This document shows, one piece after another, positions 20,971-34,276 of a stretch of 64,000 nucleotides of DNA. The stretch lies in assembly GCF_045037415.1 (NCBI RefSeq), contig NZ_CP173438.1; one strand, written 5' to 3'. Source of the DNA: Escherichia coli. Lineage in GTDB: Bacteria; Pseudomonadota; Gammaproteobacteria; Enterobacterales; Enterobacteriaceae. Both the position numbers and the translations under genes were made by a program. The stretch's first letter is position 1, and each line of letters starts with the position of its first letter. The notes beneath the pieces are model-generated. The model was not told the origin of the DNA. It made no database searches and saw only the letters and a list, made by a program, of their open reading frames with translations.

Positions 20971-22365
20971 TTACGGTTCCCAGCGCAGTTCGTCGTTTGA
21001 CAATGCGTCGAACGGTTCGACAAGCGTTAGCGTGATCTCATTGGAGGAGACACGCTGCCCCTGGTTATCTTCCACCACTACAGACAATCGCCAGTGATTG
21101 CTCGCCCCTTCCCCGTTCTGCCAGTCAGGCATGATCAGCGTCCAGCCCTCCTCACTGTTGGCTTGTGCGCCCGGCGTCAAACTTAATATCTGCGTATCGC
21201 CCTGCCAAATCAGTTGCCGAATACCGTAACGACTGCGGATTTGTAATTTCAGCGGCACTGTTTCGCCAGGTTTTAGATCCCACGGCGGTGTCGCCAGAAA
21301 CACCGTTAACGTTTTTCGCTGTCGGTACTCAAGAGTCGGAAGATTATTTCGCTGCGGATTGTCATAGCGACTACCACGTAACGACTGACTTTCGACAACC
21401 TCGCCCGCAGAAAGTTGTTTTTTGAGCGGTACACCAAAGCGGTAGTTAAGATTCAGCCCGAGGTTATTTTGATTCTCGCCACTTTCACCCTGTTTATGCT
21501 GGGCCGTCACAGTGACTAAGGGCACAGGGGTGTAATTTAATCCCAGACTCAACGCGACGGGATTGTGATAACCCGTACCAGAGTTAAACAAATCGACACG
21601 ATCACCAAAATACTGTTCTACGCTGACACTGGTATTGAGGTGTTGATAGAACGGCATGCGCATCCGGGCTGTCAGGTCGTACCCGCGCGCCATCCGTTGT
21701 TCCTGCGTGGCAGTCTGTTCATGCCATGCAGCAAACGGCTGATAAAAGTTTGCCGATAGTCGCAAATATTCGCCCCACGCTTCAGCGCCAAAGCCCGCTC
21801 GCTGAAGATTTTCGTCCAGCAAGTTGTCATAAAAAGTGTTATAACCCACCAGCCAGCTGCCGCGCGCCCAGCGTTGCCCAACGCCCACATTGCTCACCAG
21901 CCCATCATCCTGCTGAGTAAGACCAAGCTGGCTCCAGGTGAGATAACGATCATTATCTTGTAACGGCACAAACCAGCTTCCACGACTGCCGGTGAAATGT
22001 CCTTCGTTATCCACTTTGACGTCAACACTGGCATTTCCCCACGGTGATAGCCAGGACTCTACGTGCTGATTAACCTGTTGACTAAGCGCATCGCGGACTT
22101 TTCCCAATGCGAAAGCTTTTGCCTGCTCGCCAGTATCCAGCCCGTTATCATTCATACTGGTTTCGCCGAAATCTTTCACAATTTCAGCAAAGTGTTTTTC
22201 CCCATCATGATGTTCAGGTGCCATGCCTAAATCCGGCAGACCATCATTGCTATTCTCAAAGTGATTTGCCGCTTTTTGCTCGAAGGTAGATTGTGCGTTA
22301 GCTGTACCGCCTGCCGCCAGCAAGAGTAAATAAAACGGAATAATGCGAGGAACGAAACGGCTCAA
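20971..22365 (-). CDS. ychO: invasin/intimin-family outer-membrane protein YchO
   Basis: 464-aa ORF with a signal peptide (LLLLAAGGTANA) and predicted beta-rich body, convergent with narL as in K-12; exact start uncertain. Confidence 0.75.
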   Translation of the reverse strand: MSRFVPRIIPFYLLLLAAGGTANAQSTFEQKAANHFENSNDGLPDLGMAPEHHDGEKHFAEIVKDFGETSMNDNGLDTGEQAKAFALGKVRDALSQQVNQHVESWLSPWGNASVDVKVDNEGHFTGSRGSWFVPLQDNDRYLTWSQLGLTQQDDGLVSNVGVGQRWARGSWLVGYNTFYDNLLDENLQRAGFGAEAWGEYLRLSANFYQPFAAWHEQTATQEQRMARGYDLTARMRMPFYQHLNTSVSVEQYFGDRVDLFNSGTGYHNPVALSLGLNYTPVPLVTVTAQHKQGESGENQNNLGLNLNYRFGVPLKKQLSAGEVVESQSLRGSRYDNPQRNNLPTLEYRQRKTLTVFLATPPWDLKPGETVPLKLQIRSRYGIRQLIWQGDTQILSLTPGAQANSEEGWTLIMPDWQNGEGASNHWRLSVVVEDNQGQRVSSNEITLTLVEPFDALSNDELRWEP

Positions 22366-22374
22366 AACGTCGGT

Positions 22375-22532
<158 letters not shown>

Positions 22533-22549
22533 GAATACAGGAGTAAATA

Positions 22550-22903
22550 ATGCAAAAAATCGTGATCGTTGCCAATGGCGCACCTTACGGGAGCGAATCC
22601 TTGTTTAACAGCTTGCGGCTGGCCATTGCGTTACGAGAGCAGGAGAACAATCTGGATCTGCGTCTGTTCCTGATGTCTGATGCGGTCACAGCCGGGTTGC
22701 GCGGGCAAAAACCAGGGGAAGGCTACAACATTCAGCAAATGCTGGAGATCCTTACCGCTCAGAATGTACCGGTGAAATTGTGCAAAACCTGTACCGACGG
22801 GCGCGGGATTAGTACACTTCCTCTGATTGATGGGGTGGAAATCGGTACTCTTGTTGAACTGGCGCAATGGACGCTGTCAGCCGATAAAGTGCTCACATTT
22901 TAA
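22550..22903 (+). CDS. ychN: DsrE/DsrF-like family protein YchN
   Basis: 117-aa ORF MQKIVIVANGAPYGSESLFNSLRLA. Confidence 0.85.
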   Translation: MQKIVIVANGAPYGSESLFNSLRLAIALREQENNLDLRLFLMSDAVTAGLRGQKPGEGYNIQQMLEILTAQNVPVKLCKTCTDGRGISTLPLIDGVEIGTLVELAQWTLSADKVLTF

Positions 22904-22946
22904 TGTTTGAGGGGGCGTCGGACGCCCCACTATGAGGGAAGTTTAC

Positions 22947-23678
22947 TCAGGCGAATCCCGGCCGTAACACACCATCCGGATAATTCTCCGCCAGCAGTTT
23001 TTTTACCGATACCAGCAAATCATTCAGCCCATCGTCCTGCATTCCCAGTTTGATAAGCTCCTGTTCCAGTGAAAACAGGTATTGTGCATTGGTTCCCAGC
23101 GGACCGCTCGCCGCGGCAATCAACGGCGCTATGACCTGAGCGCGAGTGTCAGATTCATATTCTGGATGTCGCGGGTCCATAATAAACACAATGGCGTTTA
23201 CTGTGCGTCCATCATCAAGATCAAGCTGACACCAGGTTGGCAGATAACAGCCGGTAATCATCTCACGCTTCCACAGCAGGGTTAGTTCCTGCTCCAGCGT
23301 CTCTTCTGGCAGTCGATAGGCGACGCCTGTGGTGCGTCCGCCCTCTTTCAGTGCAAGCATTCGTCCCGGCTGGTGCGCAGTCCCGCGCCCGGCGGTCAGA
23401 CGCAGGCAAAACGCGCGATGCCATCCAACCAGTGTACCGGTGCACGACTCGGTAAACTCCAGTGCCGGATTCCACATCAACGATCCATAACCGAAGATCC
23501 ACACCGGTCCCTCATCAGGTCGACAAGCCAGCGTCGCCGCCAGCGAAGCCGCCCGTTGTTCTGCTGACCATAAGAGTGATTCTTCAATGGCACCAAATGC
23601 CGTTTTACAATCGGCATTCATCAAGAAATCACGCGTTATCACCTTACACCTCCGCCACTGCATACTTCCCTGCGACAA
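22947..23678 (-). CDS. chaC: glutathione-specific gamma-glutamylcyclotransferase ChaC
   Basis: ORF with the ChaC motif VWIFGYGSLMWNP; the true start is probably internal to the 243-aa ORF. Confidence 0.8.
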   Translation of the reverse strand: MSQGSMQWRRCKVITRDFLMNADCKTAFGAIEESLLWSAEQRAASLAATLACRPDEGPVWIFGYGSLMWNPALEFTESCTGTLVGWHRAFCLRLTAGRGTAHQPGRMLALKEGGRTTGVAYRLPEETLEQELTLLWKREMITGCYLPTWCQLDLDDGRTVNAIVFIMDPRHPEYESDTRAQVIAPLIAAASGPLGTNAQYLFSLEQELIKLGMQDDGLNDLLVSVKKLLAENYPDGVLRPGFA

Positions 23679-23790
23679 CTTTTTGGTGTCTTCCGGACAT
23701 TTTTACTGCTCATTTTGAAACCACTAACGGGACAATATGCAATCCACGGACCACTTGCAAGGCAACACCGCACGAATAGCTTTAACTAAG

Positions 23791-24030
23791 CTACCGGTTT
23801 GACGATTTTTTATGCCATTTATCATCATCCCCTTTGGCATATTCATGCTTCACAGCAGCCCAGGCCACTTTATGCGCTGTTTCTTCGCGACTGGCGTCAT
23901 CACGCCGATCTTCTTTATCTTTATATTGATCCCATGCGCTGTTGAACGCTTCTTTATAGATATCCTGGGCATGAGACGGAAGCACGTGCTTTACGCTTTC
24001 CGGCAGATCGCTTTTCGTTTTATACGACAT
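23791..24030 (-). CDS. chaB: cation transport regulator ChaB
   Basis: 79-aa ORF ...YKTKSDLPESVKHVLPSHAQDIYKEAFNSAWDQYKDK, matching ChaB. Confidence 0.85.
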   Translation of the reverse strand: MSYKTKSDLPESVKHVLPSHAQDIYKEAFNSAWDQYKDKEDRRDDASREETAHKVAWAAVKHEYAKGDDDKWHKKSSNR

Positions 24031-24299
24031 CGTTGACTCCTTTTACAAAGTTGAACATTAAGTGTGGTCAACAATATCTACTCTTGCCAAAACATAAGAA
24101 TTTTCATGTCAGACTCTTCTTAAGAAGTGCTAAAACAAACATTGTCTAAACGTATTACTAATTTTTATGCCCAAATGAGTAAAAAACCGACAGCGGGGTA
24201 AAAATTCGTAAAATGTTACCGATATCCAGACAATTTCTGTTATTTTTCCTACCTATTTTTTACATTTTCGATAAATTCATCTGCAAAGGGATAACCATA

Positions 24300-25400
24300 A
24301 TGTCAAATGCTCAAGAGGCGGTAAAAACCCGCCACAAGGAGACTTCGCTTATTTTCCCGGTTCTGGCGCTGGTAGTGCTGTTCCTGTGGGGAAGCAGCCA
24401 GACACTACCAGTGGTCATTGCCATCAATCTTCTTGCGCTTATTGGTATTTTAAGTAGCGCCTTTAGTGTTGTCCGTCATGCGGACGTATTAGCCCATCGC
24501 CTGGGAGAACCTTACGGTTCGCTTATTCTTAGCCTTTCAGTGGTTATTCTTGAAGTCAGTTTGATTTCAGCTTTAATGGCAACCGGCGATGCCGCGCCAA
24601 CGCTAATGCGTGATACGCTCTATTCAATCATTATGATTGTTACAGGTGGGCTGGTTGGCTTTTCATTATTGTTGGGCGGACGTAAGTTTGCCACCCAATA
24701 TATGAATCTGTTTGGTATCAAGCAGTATTTAATTGCGCTGTTCCCCCTGGCGATAATCGTACTGGTATTTCCAATGGCTCTGCCTGCGGCGAATTTTTCA
24801 ACAGGTCAGGCGTTACTGGTAGCATTAATTTCTGCGGCAATGTATGGCGTATTTTTGCTGATCCAGACCAAAACGCATCAAAGTTTGTTTGTCTACGAGC
24901 ACGAAGATGACAGTGATGATGACGACCCGCACCACGGTAAACCGTCTGCCCATAGCAGCCTGTGGCATGCCATCTGGTTGATTGTCCATCTGATTGCCGT
25001 TATTGCAGTCACCAAAATGAACGCCAGCCCGCTGGAGACATTGCTCGACAGCATGAATGCGCCTGTCGCCTTTACTGGCTTCCTGGTGGCTCTGTTGATT
25101 CTGTCGCCGGAAGGTTTAGGTGCGTTAAAAGCAGTGTTGAATAACCAGGTCCAGCGCGCGATGAATCTGTTCTTTGGTTCAGTGTTGGCAACCATTTCGC
25201 TTACCGTACCTGTCGTCACGCTAATTGCCTTTATGACGGGTAACGAATTGCAGTTTGCACTTGGTGCGCCAGAAATGGTGGTGATGGTGGCCTCTTTAGT
25301 ACTGTGCCATATCTCCTTCTCCACCGGACGAACTAACGTGCTCAATGGCGCAGCGCATCTGGCACTGTTTGCCGCCTATTTGATGACGATATTTGCCTGA
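24300..25400 (+). CDS. chaA: Ca2+/H+ (Na+/H+) antiporter ChaA
   Basis: ORF 24213..25400; start set at the ATG at 24300 (MSNAQEAVKTRHKETS); polytopic CaCA-family membrane protein, 366 aa. Confidence 0.85.
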   Translation: MSNAQEAVKTRHKETSLIFPVLALVVLFLWGSSQTLPVVIAINLLALIGILSSAFSVVRHADVLAHRLGEPYGSLILSLSVVILEVSLISALMATGDAAPTLMRDTLYSIIMIVTGGLVGFSLLLGGRKFATQYMNLFGIKQYLIALFPLAIIVLVFPMALPAANFSTGQALLVALISAAMYGVFLLIQTKTHQSLFVYEHEDDSDDDDPHHGKPSAHSSLWHAIWLIVHLIAVIAVTKMNASPLETLLDSMNAPVAFTGFLVALLILSPEGLGALKAVLNNQVQRAMNLFFGSVLATISLTVPVVTLIAFMTGNELQFALGAPEMVVMVASLVLCHISFSTGRTNVLNGAAHLALFAAYLMTIFA

Positions 25401-25804
25401 CAGTTATATCTCCTCCGATGACGGAAATCGGGGGAGATAATATAAATTCCTGCTTATTATATTTCTTCATACTAGCTGGACAGGTTGTTAATCAGAATTG
25501 CAAGCCTGTACCACAACCTGCACGAAATGACTGCAACAGCTGTTGAAAAACCGGAATGTACTCTTTATTGCAAACATTTCAGGGATGAAGTGAAGATGAA
25601 TTGCGACGTAGTATCCACACCAAGCCGGCGTTATCCGGTGAGGCGCAATGTTGCGGGGGCTTTATCCCTGGTGGCATTGGTTGCTGGAAAGAGAAAACCC
25701 CCGCACGTTGAGAGGTACAACCTGACAACAGAACGGGGGCTAATCTTGAACCAGAACAATTCAAGAATAGCCGCAAAATGTTGTCATTACAACAAGGCGG
25801 CTAT

Positions 25805-25912
25805 ATGACGCTCGCGCAGTTTGCCATGATTTTCTGGCACAACCTGGCGGCACCGATCCTGGCGGGGATTATTACCGCAGTGATTGTCAGCTGGTGGCGT
25901 AACCGGAAGTAA
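25805..25912 (+). CDS. ldr: type I toxin Ldr (small membrane peptide)
   Basis: 35-codon ORF, below the ORF-track cutoff, read by eye: MTLAQFAMIFWHNLAAPILAGIITAVIVSWWRNRK; the Ldr family lies between chaA and kdsA in K-12; the cognate Rdl antisense RNA is expected just upstream on the minus strand but was not delimited. Confidence 0.8.
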   Translation: MTLAQFAMIFWHNLAAPILAGIITAVIVSWWRNRK

Positions 25913-26060
25913 GGTGAAAACGGGCGTCAGGCTGCCGTGATGGCAATATGCGCCCGAAACCGGCCGCAGGGGTAACAGCCTGCGGCCTTTTTTGTATCCG
26001 GCACCCATGAAAAAAGTCTTAACGCAGAACGCTAAGACTTTATTTTTCAGGCAAAAAAGA

Positions 26061-26924
<864 letters not shown>

Positions 26925-26950
26925 TTAATCTTGAGTAAAATGTCGATTAA

Positions 26951-27760
26951 TTAATGCAGCACAATATGTTTATGCGCGATGTTATTTATTTGCGCACGGA
27001 TCATTTCGCTGATCGGGTCTTCCGGACACTGTTCAACGAAATAACTTAAATCGTTCAACGCAACGTGTTCGCAATCCAGTTGCGCATAAATCAACCCGCG
27101 ATCGCGAATTTCATAGGGATCTTCCGGGTTGAATTGTAATAAAGCTTCGCTGGTGCGTAACGCCAGCTCCATCTGATTTTCTTCCATCAACGAAGCTTTG
27201 AGTGTATCCAGCAATTTGCGGATTACCTCAATGTTATCAGCTTCATCAAGGTCTTCATAAAACAGTTCCGCCGACGGGCTGATATTTCCCTTTAACCACA
27301 CATCCAGCATATGTTCGCTTAACGATTCACCGTTAAAAGGATTAATCAGCCAAATTTCGCCATCCGGACATTCAATGCGCAATATCAGCTGCGTAGGGAA
27401 AATCACCGGCAGCAGCGGCAAATCGAGACGATTCGCGACCCATAATAAAACCGCACCTAATGATACCGCACTGCCCTGTCGATTCTTTAACACCTGGTCC
27501 AGCCATAATGCATCGGAAAGACGATAAACGCCGCGTGAGGCTTTAAATCCCCAGTCGCCGTAAAACAGCGCGATCAGTTTTTCCAACTGCTCTTCTAAAG
27601 GCAGAAGCTGGCTAATTTCTTCCTTCGCCAGACTAACGAGACGCTCCAGTTCGTCGTAAACATCTTGCGAGGGAAAATCGCGGCGGATTGCTTCGCAAGC
27701 CAGGATCATGCCTTCGCACAATGGCGCTTTATTAAATTCGAAATCAGCTAACGATCTCAT
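26951..27760 (-). CDS. sirB1: SirB1 (YchA), transglutaminase-like/TPR protein
   Basis: 269-aa ORF in the conserved kdsA-sirB1-sirB2-prmC-prfA-hemA arrangement. Confidence 0.8.
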   Translation of the reverse strand: MRSLADFEFNKAPLCEGMILACEAIRRDFPSQDVYDELERLVSLAKEEISQLLPLEEQLEKLIALFYGDWGFKASRGVYRLSDALWLDQVLKNRQGSAVSLGAVLLWVANRLDLPLLPVIFPTQLILRIECPDGEIWLINPFNGESLSEHMLDVWLKGNISPSAELFYEDLDEADNIEVIRKLLDTLKASLMEENQMELALRTSEALLQFNPEDPYEIRDRGLIYAQLDCEHVALNDLSYFVEQCPEDPISEMIRAQINNIAHKHIVLH

Positions 27761-27763
27761 GAC

Positions 27764-28156
27764 TTACCCCAGTAACGGTACTTTTGTGGTGGCGAGTTTA
27801 ATGATGATGTACAGCACCACCAACGCCAGCGGGAAGGCAATAATGCGCGCCTGCTGACTGTGCATCCGACGATAATCGAGTGCAATAAAACCCAAAACGA
27901 TATAAATGATAACTCCAAACAGCTTTTCAGTCAGCCACTGTGCCTGCCCGGAAAATGGCTGGATGTGCGCTTTAGCCATCAACGCAATGCCGCTTAACAA
28001 TAACAGCGTATCGACAACCGGCGGCACAATGCGCGTCCAGCGAGCAAATGCCTGTGGATGCTTCTGATAACGTAGCCAGAAACGTAAGGTCAATAGCCCA
28101 ACAGAAAGCGCGATACTAATGAGATGAACGCTAAGCAACGTAGAAAAACTTGTCAT
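27764..28156 (-). CDS. sirB2: SirB2 (YchQ) inner-membrane protein
   Basis: 130-aa hydrophobic ORF directly downstream of prmC. Confidence 0.8.
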   Translation of the reverse strand: MTSFSTLLSVHLISIALSVGLLTLRFWLRYQKHPQAFARWTRIVPPVVDTLLLLSGIALMAKAHIQPFSGQAQWLTEKLFGVIIYIVLGFIALDYRRMHSQQARIIAFPLALVVLYIIIKLATTKVPLLG

Positions 28157-28986
28157 TGATAATAGCGGCCGAGCGTTACGCGCTCGTTATCCCCATAGTC
28201 ACGGCAGGTTTCGACGTCATGATACCCCGCGAGGATAAATGCCTGTCGCACCGCTTCACCCTGCTGCCAGCCATGCTCCAGAAGCAGAAAGCCGCCGGAT
28301 ACCAGCGCGTTACGCGACTGTTCGATGATATGCACGATGTCTGCCATTCCACTGTCTGCCGCAACCAGCGCAGTGAGCGGCTCAAAGCGGACATCGCCTT
28401 GTTGAAGATGTGGGTCCTGCTCGTCAATATACGGCGGATTGCTGACAATCATCGCAAACTGCTGCCCGGCTAGCGCGCTAAACCAGTCGCTTTGCAGAAT
28501 GTGGATATTTTTGATAGCCAGATGCTGGGCATTACGTTGTGCCAGGGCGACAGCATCGGGCATACGATCTACAGCGATAATTTCGCAGTCCGGGCGCTCG
28601 CTGGCAAGCGCAAGCGCAATCGCCCCGGTACCCGTTCCGAGATCGAGAATACGGCAAGGTTGTTCAGGCAACCGCGCCAGTGCCTGCTCCACCAGACACT
28701 CCGTATCCGGGCGCGGAATTAAGGTCGCTGGCGAAACAAATAACGGCAACGACCAGAATTCTCGCACCCCGGTTAAATGAGCAATGGGTTCACCATCGCG
28801 ACGACGCGTCAGTAGCGCATCAAGTTGCTGACATTGTTCGTCAGTCAGCTGCGTTTCACCAAAGGCGAGAATAAAAGTACGCCCTTTGCCGGTAACATGC
28901 TCCAGCAGGATTTCAGCATCACGCCGCGGGCTTTCGCTCGCCTGAAGTTGGCTTATTGCTTCACGTAACCAGTGTTGATATTCCAT
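28153..28986 (-). CDS. prmC: release-factor glutamine N5-methyltransferase PrmC (HemK)
   Basis: 277-aa ORF with SAM motif ILDLGTGTGAIALALA and the NPPY catalytic motif (VSNPPYIDE); coupled to prfA. Confidence 0.95.
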   Translation of the reverse strand: MEYQHWLREAISQLQASESPRRDAEILLEHVTGKGRTFILAFGETQLTDEQCQQLDALLTRRRDGEPIAHLTGVREFWSLPLFVSPATLIPRPDTECLVEQALARLPEQPCRILDLGTGTGAIALALASERPDCEIIAVDRMPDAVALAQRNAQHLAIKNIHILQSDWFSALAGQQFAMIVSNPPYIDEQDPHLQQGDVRFEPLTALVAADSGMADIVHIIEQSRNALVSGGFLLLEHGWQQGEAVRQAFILAGYHDVETCRDYGDNERVTLGRYYQ

Positions 28987-30068
28987 TATTCCTGCTCGGA
29001 CAACGCCGCCAGTTGGTCGGCCTGATGTTCCTGGATAATCGGTTCAATCAGCATATCCAGCTTACCTTCCATCACTTCATCCAGGCGGTAGAGCGTCAGG
29101 TTGATGCGGTGATCGGTAACGCGCCCCTGCGGGAAGTTGTAAGTACGGTTACGGTCGCTGCGATCGCCACTCCCCAGCAGGTTACGACGGGTAGACGCTT
29201 CGGCCTGTTGCCGTTTTGCCATTTCAGCAGCGTGGATGCGAGCACCGAGTACAGAAAGTGCTTTAGCTTTGTTTTTATGTTGTGAACGTTCGTCCTGACA
29301 TTCAACAACAATCCCGGTCGGCAAGTGAGTAATACGAATTGCCGAATCGGTGGTGTTAACGTGCTGACCACCCGCCCCTGACGAGCGGAAAGTATCTATG
29401 CGCAAATCTGCTGGGTTGATGTCCGGCAGTTCTGCATCAGGCAGTTCTGGCATTACCGCAACGGTACAAGCAGAAGTATGAATACGACCCTGCGATTCCG
29501 TAGCAGGAACACGCTGCACGCGATGACCGCCAGATTCGAATTTCAAACGACCATATACACCATCACCGCTAATTTTGGCGATGATCTCTTTATAACCACC
29601 ATGTTCACCCTCGCTGGCGCTCATGATTTCTACACGCCAGCGGCGGGCTTCGGCGTAACGGCTGTACATACGGAACAGATCGCCAGCGAACAGCGCCGCT
29701 TCGTCGCCGCCGGTTCCGGCACGGACTTCGAGGAAGGCGTTACGTTCGTCATCAGGATCTTTTGGTAGTAACAGAACCTGTAATTGCTGTTCCAGTTGCT
29801 CGCTTTTTTCTTTAGCTTCGCGCAGTTCATCCTGCGCCATCTCACGCATTTCAGGATCGTCAAGCATCATCTGTGCGGTTTCGATATCTTCCTGAACCTG
29901 TTGCCAGTCGGTAAAACAGCGCGAAACATCACTTAACTGCGCATATTCGCGTGATAATGCGCGAAAACGTTCCTGGTCGGCGATAGTTTGCGCGTCACCC
30001 AGCAACGCCTGAACTTCTTCATGGCGTTCATGCAGGGCTTCCAGTTTGGCAACGATAGAAGGCTTCAT
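28986..30068 (-). CDS. prfA: peptide chain release factor 1
   Basis: 360-aa ORF with the GGQ motif ([15 protein letters not shown]) and RF-1 PxT-type recognition region. Confidence 0.95.
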
Positions 30069-30109
30069 AGGCGTAAATGCACCCTGTAAAAAAAGAAAAT
30101 GATGTACTG

Positions 30110-31366
30110 CTACTCCAGCCCGAGGCTGTCGCGCAGAATATTCAGGCGTTCGTTATCCCCGTCACGGGCGGCCTGTTGAAGTGATTTTGTTGGCGCATGG
30201 ATCAAGCGGTTAGTCAGTTTCCATGCCAGATCCTGCATAATGGCTTGTGCGTCGCCGCCCTGCTCAAGGGCCGCTAACGCTTTGGCGGTTAACTCATCGC
30301 GAACGTGCTCTGCCTGGCTGCGATACTCGCGAATAGTTTCGCTGGCGCTTTGTGCACGCAGCCACGCCATAAATTCGCTGGTTTCCTGAGCGACAATAGT
30401 TTCCGCCTCAACCGCTGCGGCTTTACGCTGCGCCAGGTTGTGCGAAATGATGCTTTGCAGATCGTCCACGCTATAAAGATAAGCATTCGCCAGTTTGCCA
30501 ACTTCCGGCTCAACATCGCGCGGAACAGCAATATCCACCAACAGCATTGGTTGGTTGCGACGGCTTTTTAATGCGCGCTCCACCATGCCTTTCCCGATAA
30601 TCGGTAACGGGCTGGCGGTGGAACTGATGATGATATCGGCTTCGCGCAGACGTTCGTCGATATCACTCAGGGCAATAATTTCCGCGCCGACTTCATCTGC
30701 CAGAATTTGGGCACGTTCGCGAGTGCGGTTGGCGATAATCATCTTCTGTACTTTGTGTTCGCGCAGATGACGCGCCACCAGCTCGATGGTTTCGCCCGCA
30801 CCCACCAGCAGTACTGTCACCGTAGAGAGCGATTCAAAGATCTGCCGCGCCAGCGTACAAGCCGCAAAAGCGACAGACACAGCACTGGCACCGATATCTG
30901 TTTCAGTGCGAACGCGTTTCGCCACAGAGAAAGATTTCTGAAACATGCGTTCTAGTTCGCTGGCCTTCATATGACCTTTTTGCGAATCGGCAAACGCTTT
31001 TTTAACCTGACCGAGGATCTGCGGCTCGCCAAGGACGAGAGAATCAAGCCCACTGGCAACGCGCATTAAATGACTGACCGCATCGTTATCCTGATGCCAG
31101 TAGAGGCTATTACGCAGATCGTCTTCGTTGAGATTATGGTAATCACACAACCAGCGAATGAGCGCCTCTTGCAGGTCATCCCGTTCTTCAACGCTGAGAT
31201 AAAGTTCTGTGCGGTTACACGTCGACAGCACCACGCCGCCCTGCACCATCGGCTGCGCGAGCAGACTGTCAAGCGCCTGATCGAGCTTATCCGGCGAAAA
31301 CGATACACGTTCTCGCAGCGATACAGGTGCCGTTTTATGGTTGATACCGAGTGCTAAAAGGGTCAT
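30110..31366 (-). CDS. hemA: glutamyl-tRNA reductase
   Basis: ORF 30110..31564; start set at the internal ATG at 31366 ([21 protein letters not shown]), giving 418 aa. Confidence 0.9.
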
Positions 31367-31510
31367 GTCTGCGGGAAATAATACCAACGTTGATAGGGTT
31401 AGTCTGCTTGCATCATACAGGATGCGTAAGATCAATAAAAGAGAGCGCCCCCTTTTGGAGTAATTGCCGAAAGCCGTTAGATTCTGGCAATTAAGACAAC
31501 GTGAACATAG

Positions 31511-32202
<692 letters not shown>

Positions 32203-32203
<1 letters not shown>

Positions 32204-33054
32204 TGCGGACACAGTGGCCCTCTCCGGCAAAACTTAATCTGTTTTTATACATTACCGGTCAGCGTGCGGATGGTTACCACACGCTGCAAACGCTGTTTCA
32301 GTTTCTTGATTACGGCGACATCATCAGCATTGAGCTTCGTGACGATGGGGATATTCGTCTGTTAACGCCCGTTGAAGGCGTGGAACATGAAGATAACCTG
32401 ATCGTTCGCGCAGCGCGGTTGTTGATGAAAACTGCGGCAGACAGCGGGCGTCTTTCGACGGGAAGCGGTGCGAATATCAGCATTGACAAGCGTTTGCCGA
32501 TGGGCGGCGGTCTCGGCGGTGGTTCATCCAATGCCGCGACGGTTCTGGTGGCGTTAAATCATCTCTGGCAATGCGGACTAAGCATGGATGAGCTGGCGGA
32601 AATGGGGCTGACGCTGGGCGCAGATGTTCCTGTCTTTGTTCGTGGTCATGCCGCGTTTGCCGAAGGCGTTGGTGAAATACTAACGCCGGTGGATCCGCCA
32701 GAGAAGTGGTATCTGGTGGCGCACCCTGGTGTAAGTATTCCGACACCGGTGATTTTTAAAGATCCTGAACTCCCGCGCAATACGCCAAAAAGGTCAATAG
32801 AAACGTTGCTAAAATGTGAATTCAGCAATGATTGCGAGGTTATCGCAAGAAAACGTTTTCGCGAGGTTGATGCGGTGCTTTCCTGGCTGTTAGAATACGC
32901 CCCGTCGCGCCTGACTGGGACAGGGGCCTGTGTCTTTGCTGAATTTGATACAGAGTCTGAAGCCCGCCAGGTGCTAGAGCAAGCCCCGGAATGGCTCAAT
33001 GGCTTTGTGGCGAAAGGCGTTAATCTTTCCCCATTGCACAGAGCCATGCTTTAA
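32203..33054 (+). CDS. ispE: 4-diphosphocytidyl-2-C-methyl-D-erythritol kinase
   Basis: 283-aa GHMP-kinase ORF (motif [14 protein letters not shown]). Confidence 0.95.
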
Positions 33055-33078
33055 GCCGGGCAAGCTGAGTTTCGGTGA

Positions 33079-34152
<1,074 letters not shown>

Positions 34153-34170
34153 TCGAACCCGGCTCAAAGA

Positions 34171-34192
34171 CCCGCTGCGGCGGGTTTTTTTG
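34171..34192 (+). terminator. rho-independent terminator downstream of prs
   Basis: GC-rich hairpin CCCGCTGCGGCGGG followed by a T7 run. Confidence 0.8.
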
Positions 34193-34276
34193 TCTGTAAT
34201 ATCCATTTGTATGACCTATGCCTCCTTCACCTGCCATTTAGTTGACAGATGATGCGCTCACGGATGAAACATTATT

